Positions 22,242-32,603 of a stretch of 64,000 bases of DNA are shown here, piece after piece. A model generated the notes under the pieces. The model made no database searches. It was not told the DNA's origin and saw only the letters and a list, made by a program, of their open reading frames with translations. The translations under genes and the position numbers were made by a program. The first letter of the stretch is position 1, and the number at the start of each line of letters is the position of its first letter. The DNA comes from Candidatus Spongiisociaceae bacterium (lineage in GTDB: Bacteria; Actinomycetota; Acidimicrobiia; Spongiisociales; Spongiisociaceae): contig OZ253564.1 in NCBI GenBank assembly GCA_965262915.1, positions 4,991,039-5,055,038 of the forward strand, written 5' to 3'.

Positions 22242-22829
22242 ATGAAGGGATACGACAACCAAACGGCTCTGGTAGTGGTGGATGTCCAGAACGACTTCGC
22301 CGATCCGTCCGGGAGCCTGTACGTGCAGGGTGGGGACACCGAGGTGGTCCCCGCTGTGAACCGGGAGATCGACGGGGCTGTGGCGGCGGGGGCGAGCATC
22401 TTCTACACGCAGGACTGGCACCCCGAGCGTACGCCCCACTTCGCCGTCGACGGCGGCATCTGGCCCGTTCACTGCGTGGGGGGATCGGCCGGGGCCGACT
22501 TCCATCCCGATCTGCGGGTCGAGGGGCCGAGCGTCCACAAGGGCGCCAACGGCGAGGACGGATACTCCGGGTTCACCATGAGGGACCCCGTTTCCGGAGA
22601 GACGATTCCCACTCCCCTGGCGTCGATGATCCGTGATGTCGCCTGCAAGCGGGTGGTCGTGGTCGGGCTCGCCCTCGACTACTGCGTGAAAGACACCGCC
22701 CTCGACTCTGCACGGGAAGGTTTCGAGACCACCGTCCTGCTGGGCGCCACCGCCGCTGTGAACCTATCGCCCGATGACGGCGAGAAGGCTATAGACGAAC
22801 TACGCCAGGCAGGTGTAACAATCAAGTGA
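22242..22829 (+). CDS. pncA: Nicotinamidase/pyrazinamidase
   Basis: VVDVQNDF, TQDWHP, WPVHCV, KG...DGYSGF, GLALDYCV. Confidence 0.92.
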   Translation: MKGYDNQTALVVVDVQNDFADPSGSLYVQGGDTEVVPAVNREIDGAVAAGASIFYTQDWHPERTPHFAVDGGIWPVHCVGGSAGADFHPDLRVEGPSVHKGANGEDGYSGFTMRDPVSGETIPTPLASMIRDVACKRVVVVGLALDYCVKDTALDSAREGFETTVLLGATAAVNLSPDDGEKAIDELRQAGVTIK

Positions 22830-23150
22830 GGCGCGGGGGACCATCCGTCCGCGCCGACCCAAAGCCATCGGAGCCCGACTCAGCACGGTTCGTCATCACA
22901 ACCGGTTCCACGGGTTGAGCACCTCAAGCCCTTCGAAGCGCCCGAAGCCGCCGGTATTGCGAGTGACAACCGCCATACCGTTGACAGCGTCACCTCCGGC
23001 CGGCCGGCCAGGCGTATGCCGGGATGTTGTGGCAGGCGGTCACCCCGCTCCCGTCAGCGGTGGAGCGGGGAACCGGTCGGACCGGCTGGAAACGGGCTAG
23101 GGTTACGTGTGAGCCAGGCACCAGGTCCGGCTTGAACAGAGAGAGAATTA

Positions 23151-23348
23151 ATGCAAGGAACGGTCAAGTTTTTCAATAGTGATAGGGGCTTCGGCTTCAT
23201 CTCCCGTGACGGAGGCGCCGATGTGTTCGTTCACTACTCCAACATCGTTGGAGAGGTCTACAGGTCCCTCGACGCGGGTCAGACGGTCGAATTCGACATC
23301 GGGCAAGGCCGTAAGGGCGATGAAGCCCAGAACGTCAGACGCGTCTGA
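23151..23348 (+). CDS. cspA: Cold-shock protein, copy 1
   Basis: GTVKFFN..RGFGFI, DVFVHYS. Confidence 0.95.
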   Translation: MQGTVKFFNSDRGFGFISRDGGADVFVHYSNIVGEVYRSLDAGQTVEFDIGQGRKGDEAQNVRRV

Positions 23349-23530
23349 CCGAACAGGCTCGGCGAAACGAGCGGGTGCGATGGAACTTCCCGATGACGTG
23401 GGGTTGTCCGGCTTCTCACAGGTCGGTGCCCGGCGGCGGTGGATCGGAGAACCGGTCGGACCGGCTGAAAAACGGGCTAGGGTTACGTGTGAGCCAGGCA
23501 CCAGGTCCGGCTTGAACAGAGAGAGAATTA

Positions 23531-23728
23531 ATGCAAGGAACGGTCAAGTTTTTCAATAGTGATAGGGGCTTCGGCTTCATCTCCCGTGACGGAGGCGCCG
23601 ATGTGTTCGTTCACTACTCCAACATCGTTGGAGAGGTCTACAGGTCCCTCGACGCGGGTCAGACGGTCGAATTCGACATCGGGCAAGGCCGTAAGGGCGA
23701 TGAAGCCCAGAACGTCAGACGCGTCTGA
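23531..23728 (+). CDS. cspA: Cold-shock protein, copy 2 (identical protein)
   Basis: Same 65-aa sequence as copy 1. Confidence 0.95.
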   Translation: MQGTVKFFNSDRGFGFISRDGGADVFVHYSNIVGEVYRSLDAGQTVEFDIGQGRKGDEAQNVRRV

Positions 23729-23990
23729 CCGAACAGGCTCGGCGAAACGAGTGGGAGCGGCCGCGACACGCGGCCGCTCTCTACGTTGACGGTCGCCGCC
23801 CGGAGGATCGCACGAGAACCTGTGGTATCCTCGGGTGCAATCCGGCCGGTAGGTCGGTTGGTGGGTTCGCAGACGGGTCTTGGTTTTTCCAGTCATCGTG
23901 GACCAAACCCGAAAGATGGCCCGACCTCATCACCCCTTTGAGGCGCCACCGAACCCCGTGAGTCGTCCGCGTGAAGCGGCAAGGAGACCA

Positions 23991-25313
23991 ATGACCCCCA
24001 CATTCGCCCAACTGGGCGTCCCCAAGTCCATAGGCCACGCCCTCGCTCGGCGTGGCATAACCCAACCATTCGAGATCCAAGCGGCCGCGATCGCCGACGC
24101 GATGAGGGGACGCGACGTTTGCGGTCGCGCTCCCACCGGATCGGGCAAGACGCTCGCCTTCGGGATTCCGCTCGTAGTGAATGCCGGACATGCCGAACCA
24201 CACAAGCCCAAGGCGCTGGTGCTGGCCCCGACCCGCGAGCTCGCCGAGCAGATCACAACCGAGCTTCGCTCCTTCTCGGGGAAAACACGGGTCGCGGTCG
24301 TCTACGGAGGCGTCGGATACGGCCCCCAGTTCAGCTCCTTCCGTCGTGGCGTTGACATACTGGTGGCGTGCCCCGGTCGCCTCGAAGACCTGATCCGTCA
24401 AGGCGCTGTCCACCTCTCTGCGGTGGAACGGGTCGTAATCGACGAGGCCGACCGTATGGCCGACATGGGGTTCATACCCGCGGTCCGACGCCTCCTCGAC
24501 CAAACAACCAGGAGACGGCAGACGATGCTGTTCTCCGCCACACTCGACGGCGCGGTCAGGTCACTCACCAACGACTACCAGCGCGATCCGGTGCGGCACG
24601 AAGTAGGCGCCACCACTCCCGATGTCATCGCTGCTGACCATTTGTTCTGGCACGTGACCAGGAGCGACCGGATCGGGGTCAGTGCCAGGGCCATCGACGC
24701 GGCAGGATCCACGATCGTCTTTTGCCGGACTCGGCATGGCTGTGATCGGGTGGCCAAGCAACTCGCTCGACGGGGCATCTCCACAGCCGCAATCCACGGT
24801 AGACGGAACCAGAACCAGCGCACCAGAGCACTGAATGACTTCGCCACCGGAAGGGTGCGAGCGTTGGTCGCGACCGACGTCGTCGCACGAGGCATCCATG
24901 TCGAAGACGTCCAGGCCATCATCCACTTCGACCTTCCCGCCGACCACAAGGCCTACCTCCACCGATCAGGCCGTACCGCCCGAGCCGGCAAGGGCGGCAT
25001 CGTGATCTCGCTCGTCCCGCCCGATCAAGTCAAAGAACTCCGACATATGACACGCCGCCTCGGCTTGCGGCAGCCCATCACCAACGTGGACCTCACCGCC
25101 ATCCCAACGCCCGGCCCCAAGACACGCCGTCCCGGACCCAGCAGGATGGGCGCCGGTTCGAACGGACGCCCCATGAACCCCCGGCGTCCACGCCGCACGT
25201 CAGGACGCCCGGCCAACAGGAGGCCGTCCCGGCACCGACCGAGCAGTAACAAACGGTCACCGTCCAACAGGCGCAACAGGCGCGTATCCACCAAGGCGAC
25301 CAACCGACGTTGA
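23991..25313 (+). CDS. DEAD-box RNA helicase
   Basis: Q motif, APTGSGKT, PTRELA, DEAD, SAT, ARGIHV, HRSGRTAR; basic tail. Confidence 0.95.
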   Translation: MTPTFAQLGVPKSIGHALARRGITQPFEIQAAAIADAMRGRDVCGRAPTGSGKTLAFGIPLVVNAGHAEPHKPKALVLAPTRELAEQITTELRSFSGKTRVAVVYGGVGYGPQFSSFRRGVDILVACPGRLEDLIRQGAVHLSAVERVVIDEADRMADMGFIPAVRRLLDQTTRRRQTMLFSATLDGAVRSLTNDYQRDPVRHEVGATTPDVIAADHLFWHVTRSDRIGVSARAIDAAGSTIVFCRTRHGCDRVAKQLARRGISTAAIHGRRNQNQRTRALNDFATGRVRALVATDVVARGIHVEDVQAIIHFDLPADHKAYLHRSGRTARAGKGGIVISLVPPDQVKELRHMTRRLGLRQPITNVDLTAIPTPGPKTRRPGPSRMGAGSNGRPMNPRRPRRTSGRPANRRPSRHRPSSNKRSPSNRRNRRVSTKATNRR

Positions 25314-25701
25314 GCGGGCGCGCGCAGGAATACCGACCGTAACCGGCCGGGTTCTCCCAGCCGGTTACGGCCAGGAGAACCCCTGGCCCCATCGCCAACC
25401 GATTGACCATGACAGACGACTTCTACCCAGGTCAGCGGCCTACCCCCAAACCTTCCAAGCCCGCCCATAGTGGCTCCTGCGCCTCCACCCTTCCCAACCG
25501 CAGGCGACCTCCGCGAAGTCTGCGCCCCTCGGATCTTCGACGACCTGGACCGTCGCTCGTGGTCAGGGGTGTTGTCGGATCAGCCGCCGGGCATCCGTCG
25601 GTACCAGCGAGGGCGATGGGACTTTCCTATTGGGTAGCACCCCCCGACTTCGGGGCGCTCGTTGGAGGTCGGAGTGAGAGCCGGCCTCCCCGTACTGTTC
25701 G

Positions 25702-26550
25702 TTATCCGAGGGGAGGTCCGGGTCGGGGACCGGTAGCTACGGGAAATCCGGCCGACGACCAGTCGGACCATGAGCCCGGGTAGAGTATCGCTTCCGGGAA
25801 CCCGGCCAGGTGCAGGGCCAGGATGTTGTGGCATGCGGTGACTCCGCTCCCACACGAGCTGACGATGGGCATCGAGGTATCGATTCCCAGATCGGTGAAG
25901 CGGGCTGCCAGCTGCTTCGGCGACTTGAACAGACCGTCCGATCCCAGGTTGCCGCCGGTGGGGGCCGAAATCGAGGTCGGAATGTGCCCCGCCGCCGCAT
26001 CGATCGGCTCGATTTCCCCGCGGTAGCGCTCCGGAGGGCGGGCGTCGATCACCTGGACGGATCCCAGCCGGGATCGCAGGGAGAGGCGATCGATGGTGGA
26101 GGTGCAGCCGCACCCGGCTTCGAACGTGGTGCCGGGCAGGTGTGGAACTGCCGTCGTGGTGGGGCCACCGGAGGCTGCCCATTCGTGGTAACCGCCGTCC
26201 ACCACGCTGACCCGGTGGTGCCCGACGCTGCGCAGCATCCACCACAGGCGGGCTGCGATAGCGCCGGAGCCTTGGTCGTACACCACCACATGATGCCGGT
26301 TGCCGATCCTGTGCCGGCCCAGCATGGCGCCGAAAGCGGCTCGTCTGGGAAGCGGATGCCGACCGGGTCCGGTGGTTGCGGACAGATCGTGATCCAGATC
26401 GAGGAACACGGCGCCGGGGATGTGGCCTTTCTCGTACCGGCGGTGACCCCCTCCGGGCTCCTCGATATACCACCGGGTGTCCACCACCCGGATACCGGGG
26501 TCGTCGAGGCTCCCGGCCAACCAGGCGCACGAGACGATCGGGCGGCTCAC
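25702..26550 (-). CDS. sseA: Tandem-rhodanese sulfurtransferase (SseA/MST-like)
   Basis: GHIPGA, DAR...RY.G, CGSGVTAC, LYPGSWSDW. Confidence 0.9.
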   Translation of the reverse strand: MSRPIVSCAWLAGSLDDPGIRVVDTRWYIEEPGGGHRRYEKGHIPGAVFLDLDHDLSATTGPGRHPLPRRAAFGAMLGRHRIGNRHHVVVYDQGSGAIAARLWWMLRSVGHHRVSVVDGGYHEWAASGGPTTTAVPHLPGTTFEAGCGCTSTIDRLSLRSRLGSVQVIDARPPERYRGEIEPIDAAAGHIPTSISAPTGGNLGSDGLFKSPKQLAARFTDLGIDTSMPIVSSCGSGVTACHNILALHLAGFPEAILYPGSWSDWSSAGFPVATGPRPGPPLG

Positions 26551-27065
26551 CCGCTCGACCCCGTGGGTCTCGGGCCGGGCCGGGGGGTGCTACGGACCGT
26601 CGATCCCACCGACGAGAGGGCGAAGGTCATCCGGATGATGACGTACCACGCCAGCACCAGAGGCTCCAGCGGGATCGGGAAGTGAGAGTGGAGATGCATC
26701 CTCCTGGTGGTCCACATGCGAAGCTCGGCGATCGCCGCGCCGGGTTGTCCCAGTGTCCAGCGCCCCTTGAATCCCGACCGGTTGGTCAGCTCGTATGAGA
26801 AGCGGATGCCGGACAGCTCCCATCGTCGCCCCCACGGATCGAGGCGCTCCGCCGAGACCAGGAGGCGATCGCCGTCCAGGACCCGGAGCCCGTCGGCGCC
26901 GTCCGGAATGATCATCCAGGTACTCCCGTCGGGCAGATCCACGCGTGCCGTCCGCCGGCGAGCCGGGATAGCCCGGGCGAGGGATCCGGCCGGGGAGTGG
27001 AACCGCCACACGGGGGACAAGCCCCGTCTGGAGATGGTGACGACCTCGGGCGCTTCCAGCGTCAT
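26547..27065 (-). CDS. Hypothetical protein
   Basis: Overlaps both neighbours by 4 nt, consistent with an operon. Confidence 0.6.
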   Translation of the reverse strand: MTLEAPEVVTISRRGLSPVWRFHSPAGSLARAIPARRRTARVDLPDGSTWMIIPDGADGLRVLDGDRLLVSAERLDPWGRRWELSGIRFSYELTNRSGFKGRWTLGQPGAAIAELRMWTTRRMHLHSHFPIPLEPLVLAWYVIIRMTFALSSVGSTVRSTPRPGPRPTGSSG

Positions 27066-27568
27066 TGCTCATCCTCCGTCCCCCACATCCGCCGGGCCCG
27101 GGCCGAGGCGCTCCCGGCAGTGTCACGCACCGTTGTGCCCACCGCATCGATCAGGGACCCGAAGGCGTGGTTGGCCCCGGTGCGTATCTCGGGGTCGTTG
27201 ACGGTCGTGACCCGTGGTCTGTCTGTGAAACGGCGGCGTGGTATGCGTCGGCAGCGGCGTGCCCCCCAAGGCCCACCGACGAAGGCGTACCCGCAGCGGT
27301 ACGTCGAGGAGGCGGAACGCAGCGAGAGGCGTCGATGGCAAGCAGAGCACGGCAAGTCGTTTTGTAGACAGACCACCAACGCTTGGCCCAGGCCTTGTGC
27401 GGCGGTCGCGAAGCCCGCCCAGGCTCGGCGGATCTCCTCTCTCGTGGCGCTGTCCCGGTCCTCGAGATCGTCGAACCCCGAGCGCAGCCGATCGCCCAGT
27501 TCCGTAAAGCCGGACGCTACCCGCCCCCAAGAACCTTCGGACCTGCTGTCGTCCCCGTCGTCGGCCAT
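27062..27568 (-). CDS. Hypothetical helical protein with an in-frame MITE insertion
   Basis: Amphipathic helices interrupted by a ~54-aa Cys/Arg-rich segment that coincides with the MITE. Confidence 0.55.
   Translation of the reverse strand: MADDGDDSRSEGSWGRVASGFTELGDRLRSGFDDLEDRDSATREEIRRAWAGFATAAQGLGQALVVCLQNDLPCSACHRRLSLRSASSTYRCGYAFVGGPWGARRCRRIPRRRFTDRPRVTTVNDPEIRTGANHAFGSLIDAVGTTVRDTAGSASARARRMWGTEDEQ
27214..27376. mobile_element. MITE family A, copy 1 (163 bp)
   Basis: IRs GTGGTCTGTCTGTGAAACG / revcomp GTGGTCTGTCTACAAAACG; homologous to 61827-61989. Confidence 0.8.
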
Positions 27569-27676
27569 GTGATTCTCCACTTGCTCGATACTACCTGCGA
27601 ACTCCCCACCGGTGAGCAGCGGATAGGCGGAGCGCGCTCGCCCCTGTAGTCATTCCGATGCGGCTGCCGGTCCTGG

Positions 27677-27774
27677 GAGAATGCCGAAAAACGGGCAAAT
27701 GGTTGGCCCGTCGTCCGCTGACGTGGCACTTTGTCATCGACCGTCGGGCCGCCGCGGGTTTTCTCAGTATTCTC
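27677..27774. mobile_element. MITE family B, copy 1 (98 bp)
   Basis: IRs GAGAATGCCGAAAAA / GAGAATACTGAGAAA, CTGG on both sides, internal GGCCCG..CGGGCC hairpin. Confidence 0.75.
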
Positions 27775-27869
27775 CTGGACCCCCAGGTCATCGCAGTCGC
27801 CTCTTCAACTGTCGCAGCCCGTGTCTCCCCAGGTGAGCACATGTCCGCGCACCCTCTAACATCGTTGAG

Positions 27870-28736
27870 GTGAACCTCCACCTGCTCGACGCCACCTACG
27901 AGCTCTTCCGCGCCTACTTCGGCTATCCCAAGCGGAAGGCTCCCGACGGAACGGAGGTGGGCGCCGTGTACGGCATCATCGAGACGACGCTGCGGCTGCT
28001 CAGGCAGGACGGCGTCACCCATCTGGCGGCGGCGACCGACGCGGTCGTCGAATCGTTCCGCAACGATCTGTTCGACGGCTACAAGACGGGGCAAGGCACT
28101 CCGCCGGACTTAATGGCCCAGTTCAGGCCGGCCGAAGAAGCACTCGAGACCATCGGCGTAACGGTGTGGGCGATGCATGAGTTCGAGGCGGACGACGCCC
28201 TGGCCGCCGCCGCCCTCCGGTGGGTCGACGAGGTGGACAAGGTGGTGATCCTCAGCCCTGACAAGGACCTTATGCAGTGTGTGATCGGTGACCGCGTCGT
28301 GACATACAACCGGCGCGCCCGCAAGCAGTATGACGAGGCAGGCGTGGTCGAGAAGTTCGGGGTTCTGCCCACGGCCATCCCCGACTACCTCGCCCTGGTG
28401 GGGGACAGCGCGGACGGCATACCGGGAATCGCCGGGTGGGGCGCCAAGTCGACCTCGACGGTCCTGGCCCGGTATGTCCGGATCGAGCGCATACCCCGGT
28501 CGCCCGGTAGCTGGGACGTGGCGGTGCGGGGTGCGGCGCGCCTGTCGGCCAATCTCGAGGCAGCCCGGACGGAGGCCCTCCTTTACCGGACGCTCACCAC
28601 CCTGCGCCGTGACGTGCCGCTGGACGAGTCGCTCGAGGGCCTCGAATGGAAAGGCGCCCACCGCTCCCGATTCGAGGCCCTCTGCGGACGGCTCGGCTTC
28701 CGGGGAATCCTCCAACCGCACCGCTGGGCGGAGTAG
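27870..28736 (+). CDS. 5'-3' exonuclease / flap endonuclease
   Basis: LLDAT, SFRNDLFDGYK, FEADD, SPDKDL, LVGDSADGIPGI.G.G.K. Confidence 0.92.
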   Translation: MNLHLLDATYELFRAYFGYPKRKAPDGTEVGAVYGIIETTLRLLRQDGVTHLAAATDAVVESFRNDLFDGYKTGQGTPPDLMAQFRPAEEALETIGVTVWAMHEFEADDALAAAALRWVDEVDKVVILSPDKDLMQCVIGDRVVTYNRRARKQYDEAGVVEKFGVLPTAIPDYLALVGDSADGIPGIAGWGAKSTSTVLARYVRIERIPRSPGSWDVAVRGAARLSANLEAARTEALLYRTLTTLRRDVPLDESLEGLEWKGAHRSRFEALCGRLGFRGILQPHRWAE

Positions 28737-29247
28737 ACCGATCGACTCGACCGCGCCCAAGGGCGAGACGCGGGAAGCTCACCTGGATACCTTGACGTAG
28801 GCCGGTTTTTCTGCTCTACTTCCGTTTACACAACGCGCTCATCCAGAGCGGTGGAGGGACAGGCCCTGCGAAGCCGCGGCAACCGTCAAGAGCGGTGCCA
28901 ATGCCTGATCGATGAGTCTGCCGAGGCGGATTCCCGCTCGCGGCGCTCGAGGAGCGCGTGAGAAGCGATAGGAGAACTGCCATATGTACGCCCGGCACCT
29001 ACCACCCGACTCTCTGCACGGGGACATGTCCTGTCCCGGCTCCCGGGTGCTCCACCCGGGCGGTTCCGCTAACCGCCCGTAGCGAACGCCACCACCCGGG
29101 AGGCACCGGCACCTTTCGGGGTGCGGCGTCCGATCCCCTCCGACCGGCAAGCAAACTGCCCCCTTGGGGAGCGAGAGCGGGACGAACGGGGATCAGACCA
29201 GATCAGACGATCCCAACCACAACCAGACATCAAAGGAGAGACAACCC

Positions 29248-29802
29248 ATGAGCAAAGGTGAGATCAACGGAGTCGACACGGCGCACCTGCTGTTCGCCCG
29301 GGGAGTGGTCGGAGACACGCCGGCCGCGGGCGAGTACACATGGAGGGCCTCGAACGAGTGGGTCCACGGAACGCACAGCAAGACGACGATCGGTGGCTAT
29401 TTCGGTCTGGGTGAAGAGCGCGACCACAAGGGAACTTACGAGTTCGAAGCAGACCATCCTCTGGAGTTCAACGCCGGGGACAACGCCGCCACTCCCGTCG
29501 AGATCGTGCTCGCCGGTTTGGCTAGCTGCCTGACCGCCGGTGTGGCTGCGGTGGCCGAGAACCGTGAGATCAGGCTGCGTTCGGTAAAGGCAACTCTGGA
29601 AGCCGACATGAACATCGGAGGCATCCTCGGAGCGGATCCCGAGGTCAGAAACGGGTTCAACGACGTACGCGTGAACTACGAGATCGATGCCGACGACACC
29701 AGCGAGTCGGATCTCGAAGCGCTGGTCGCCCAGTCGCAGAAGATTTCGGCGGTGTTCGACATCATGACCAACCCCACGAACGTGACGGTCTCGGTCAGCT
29801 GA
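29248..29802 (+). CDS. OsmC-family protein
   Basis: ADHP...D.A.TPVEIVLAGLASCLTAG; AAGGAG RBS upstream. Confidence 0.8.
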   Translation: MSKGEINGVDTAHLLFARGVVGDTPAAGEYTWRASNEWVHGTHSKTTIGGYFGLGEERDHKGTYEFEADHPLEFNAGDNAATPVEIVLAGLASCLTAGVAAVAENREIRLRSVKATLEADMNIGGILGADPEVRNGFNDVRVNYEIDADDTSESDLEALVAQSQKISAVFDIMTNPTNVTVSVS

Positions 29803-29818
29803 CAAGCGAGATAGAGCG

Positions 29819-31072
29819 GTGCGTACTACCACTGTCGTAATCGGCGCCGGGCATACCGGCCTGGCGACCAGCTACCTACTCTCCGAGCGTTCCATCGATC
29901 ACGTGGTCCTCGAGCGGGGGGAAGTAGCCAACACGTGGCGGACGGAGCGATGGGACTCGCTCCGTCTGCTCACGCCCAACTGGCAGACCACTTTGCCCGG
30001 CTTCGCATACGATGGGGACGATCCCGACGGTTTCATGACCATGACGGAGGTTGTGGATTTCATGGACCGCTACGCACGGGTGGTGGACCCACCTCTGCAT
30101 ACCCTCACCACGGTCACCTCCGTACGGAAGGACGGCGACGGCTACGAGGTGGTGACGGATCGCGGAGTTTGGTCGTGTCGATCGGTGGTGCTGGCAACCG
30201 GCGGGTTCAATCTGCCCAAGGTGCCTCCCATCGCCGCGGCCCTTCCGACCTCGGTCGATTCGGTGACCCCGCTCAACTACCGCCGCCCGTCGGATCTTCG
30301 GGAGGGCGGCGTGCTGGTGGTGGGAGTCTCGGCCACCGGTGTGCAGCTCGCCGACGAGATCCACCGTTCCGGGCGTCCGGTGACGGTATCGGTGGGCGAG
30401 CATGTACGCATGCCCCGGGTCTACCGCGGGAAGGACATCCGCTACTGGATGGATGTCACCGGCCTCTCCGACGAGCGCTACGACGAGGTGGACGACATCC
30501 TGAGGGCCCGCACCGTTCCCTCCCCGCAGCTGGTCGGGACACCGGAGCGGCTGACGCTCGACCTTAACGCCCTGACCGACCGAGGTGTGCACATGGTGGG
30601 CCGGCTGGCCGGGATCCGGAACGGGAAGGCCCAGCTATCGGGATCCCTCCACAACAAGTGCAACCGTTCCGACCTCAAGATGGGTCGGCTTCTCACCACC
30701 ATCGACGAGTGGGTCACCGAGAACGGCTTGGACGCCGGATTCGACCCTCCCCATCGCTTCGATCGGACCCGTGTCGAGAAGTCGCCACCCTTGGGTCTCG
30801 ATCTGGCGAACGGAACGATCAAGACCGTCGTCTGGGCCACCGGCTACCGGCCGGACTACTCGTGGCTGCACGTTCCGGTGCTCGACCACAAGGGCCGCCT
30901 CCGCCACGACGGAGGGATCATCACGGACTCGCCCGGGATGTACAGGATCGGATTGAACTTCCTCCGCCGGCGCAAGTCGAGCTTCATCCACGGCGCCGAG
31001 GACGACGCTGGTGACCTGGTCGACCATCTGGCTGCCCACCTGTCCGCCCGAGTACCGGTCAGGAGCGGATAG
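29819..31072 (+). CDS. FAD/NAD(P)-dependent oxidoreductase (flavin-containing monooxygenase-like)
   Basis: VIGAGHTG, RWDSL.L.TPNW, VVLATG, VWATGY. Confidence 0.85.
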   Translation: MRTTTVVIGAGHTGLATSYLLSERSIDHVVLERGEVANTWRTERWDSLRLLTPNWQTTLPGFAYDGDDPDGFMTMTEVVDFMDRYARVVDPPLHTLTTVTSVRKDGDGYEVVTDRGVWSCRSVVLATGGFNLPKVPPIAAALPTSVDSVTPLNYRRPSDLREGGVLVVGVSATGVQLADEIHRSGRPVTVSVGEHVRMPRVYRGKDIRYWMDVTGLSDERYDEVDDILRARTVPSPQLVGTPERLTLDLNALTDRGVHMVGRLAGIRNGKAQLSGSLHNKCNRSDLKMGRLLTTIDEWVTENGLDAGFDPPHRFDRTRVEKSPPLGLDLANGTIKTVVWATGYRPDYSWLHVPVLDHKGRLRHDGGIITDSPGMYRIGLNFLRRRKSSFIHGAEDDAGDLVDHLAAHLSARVPVRSG

Positions 31073-31182
31073 GCGGAAACCGAGCCCGCACCGATCCCGG
31101 TGGCGGGCCGCGGGCGTGATCGGCGTCGGTTCCCCCGCTCCTAGCCTGGACCGGAACCCGTCGGCGGCCCGTTGACTTCAGA

Positions 31183-32601
31183 TCACCCGGATGCCAGGTA
31201 TTCCCGTACGGAAGCGGCGGCTGCATTGGCGCCGCACATGCCGTGGACGCCGGGACCGGGTGGGGTGGCCGCCGAGCAAAGGTACACGCCCGGAAGGCCC
31301 GTCCGGTAAGGGTTCCCGAGCGGGCCGGGACGTCCGAGCAGCCGTCGGAGGGTCTGGGCACCGGTAGCGATATCCCCGCCCCTGTAGTTCGGGTTGTAGG
31401 CCTCCAGTGCGTGCGGCGTTGTTACATGGGAGGCCAGCACGATATCTCGGAACCCGGGTGCGAAGCGCTCGATCTGGGCCTCCACCCGGTCCTTCACCGA
31501 CCCCTCGAAGCCCGCCGGGACATGAGTGTACGTCCACAGGGTGTGCTTGCCGGCCGGGGCTCGCGTCGGATCGAAGAGGCTCTGCTGGCCGACGAGCACG
31601 AACGGTCGATCCGGCACCGCGCCCGCCTCCACGGCCCTGCCGGTAGCCACCACCTCCGAGTAGGTGCCGCCCAGGTGGACCACTCCGGCCCGGGCACACT
31701 CCCGGGCGGTCCAAGGGACCGGAGCGTCCAGCGCGTAGTCGATCTTGTAGGCGGCCGCGCCCTGCCGGTACCGGGCGAACCGGCGTCTGGTCGATGCCGG
31801 GACAACCCGCTCACCATAGATTTCGAGCAGGCCGGAAGGATGGGTATCGAACAGGACCACGCGGCTCGCTGGCAGGTCCCCCGGGCCCCGGACCCGGTGA
31901 TCCAGGCGCACCTCCCCGCCGAGGGACCCCAGATGGTCGGCAAGCGCGGTGGTGATCGCGGAGGACCCTCCCTCCACGAGCGGCCAACCGCCTACATGGG
32001 CCAAAGCGCCGAGCACGATCCCGACCGCGGCCGTCGCCGGGGCGTCCAAGCGGCGCATCCCGTGAGCGGCCAGACCAGCGAACAGCGCCTTGGTGGGCTG
32101 GGCGCGGAACCGCCCGGCGAACAAGGCAGCCGGGAGCGCCCAGGACGCCAGCCGCAGGGGCGGGAAGGGCCTTGCGGTGACCGGTTCCAGCACGGCAGGA
32201 GCCACGGCGGTCCAGTTTTCGACGATAGTCCCAACGGATTGCCGCCATCGGTCACCGTCCCGCCCGAGACGGTCGCAGGTGGAGTCGAGCGACCTCCACA
32301 GCGCGGCCGCGCTGCCATCTTCGAACGGATGTGCGACCTGGACCTCGGGAAGGATCCACCGGACACCGAGGCGCTGCATCGGGAGACGACCGAAGAAGGG
32401 CGAGGCTATGCCGAGCGGGTGGAAGGCCGAGCAGATGTCGTGGCGGAATCCCGGGAGGGTCAACTCCTCGGTACGAGTGCCCCCGCCGATGGTCTCACTC
32501 GCCTCGAGCACCACAACGCGGAATCCCTGCTCCGCGACTGCCACCGCCGCCGCCAGGCCGTTGGGTCCGGACCCGACAACGACGGCATCCCAACGGGCCA
32601 T
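31183..32601 (-). CDS. Phytoene-desaturase-like FAD oxidoreductase
   Basis: [39 protein letters not shown]. Confidence 0.85.
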   Translation of the reverse strand: MARWDAVVVGSGPNGLAAAVAVAEQGFRVVVLEASETIGGGTRTEELTLPGFRHDICSAFHPLGIASPFFGRLPMQRLGVRWILPEVQVAHPFEDGSAAALWRSLDSTCDRLGRDGDRWRQSVGTIVENWTAVAPAVLEPVTARPFPPLRLASWALPAALFAGRFRAQPTKALFAGLAAHGMRRLDAPATAAVGIVLGALAHVGGWPLVEGGSSAITTALADHLGSLGGEVRLDHRVRGPGDLPASRVVLFDTHPSGLLEIYGERVVPASTRRRFARYRQGAAAYKIDYALDAPVPWTARECARAGVVHLGGTYSEVVATGRAVEAGAVPDRPFVLVGQQSLFDPTRAPAGKHTLWTYTHVPAGFEGSVKDRVEAQIERFAPGFRDIVLASHVTTPHALEAYNPNYRGGDIATGAQTLRRLLGRPGPLGNPYRTGLPGVYLCSAATPPGPGVHGMCGANAAAASVREYLASG

Positions 32602-32603
32602 CC

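Larger units (their letters stand above)
23070..23751 (+). repeat. Direct duplication (~300-bp units, 380-bp period) containing cspA
   Basis: 23070-23371 and 23449-23751 nearly identical. Confidence 0.95.
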
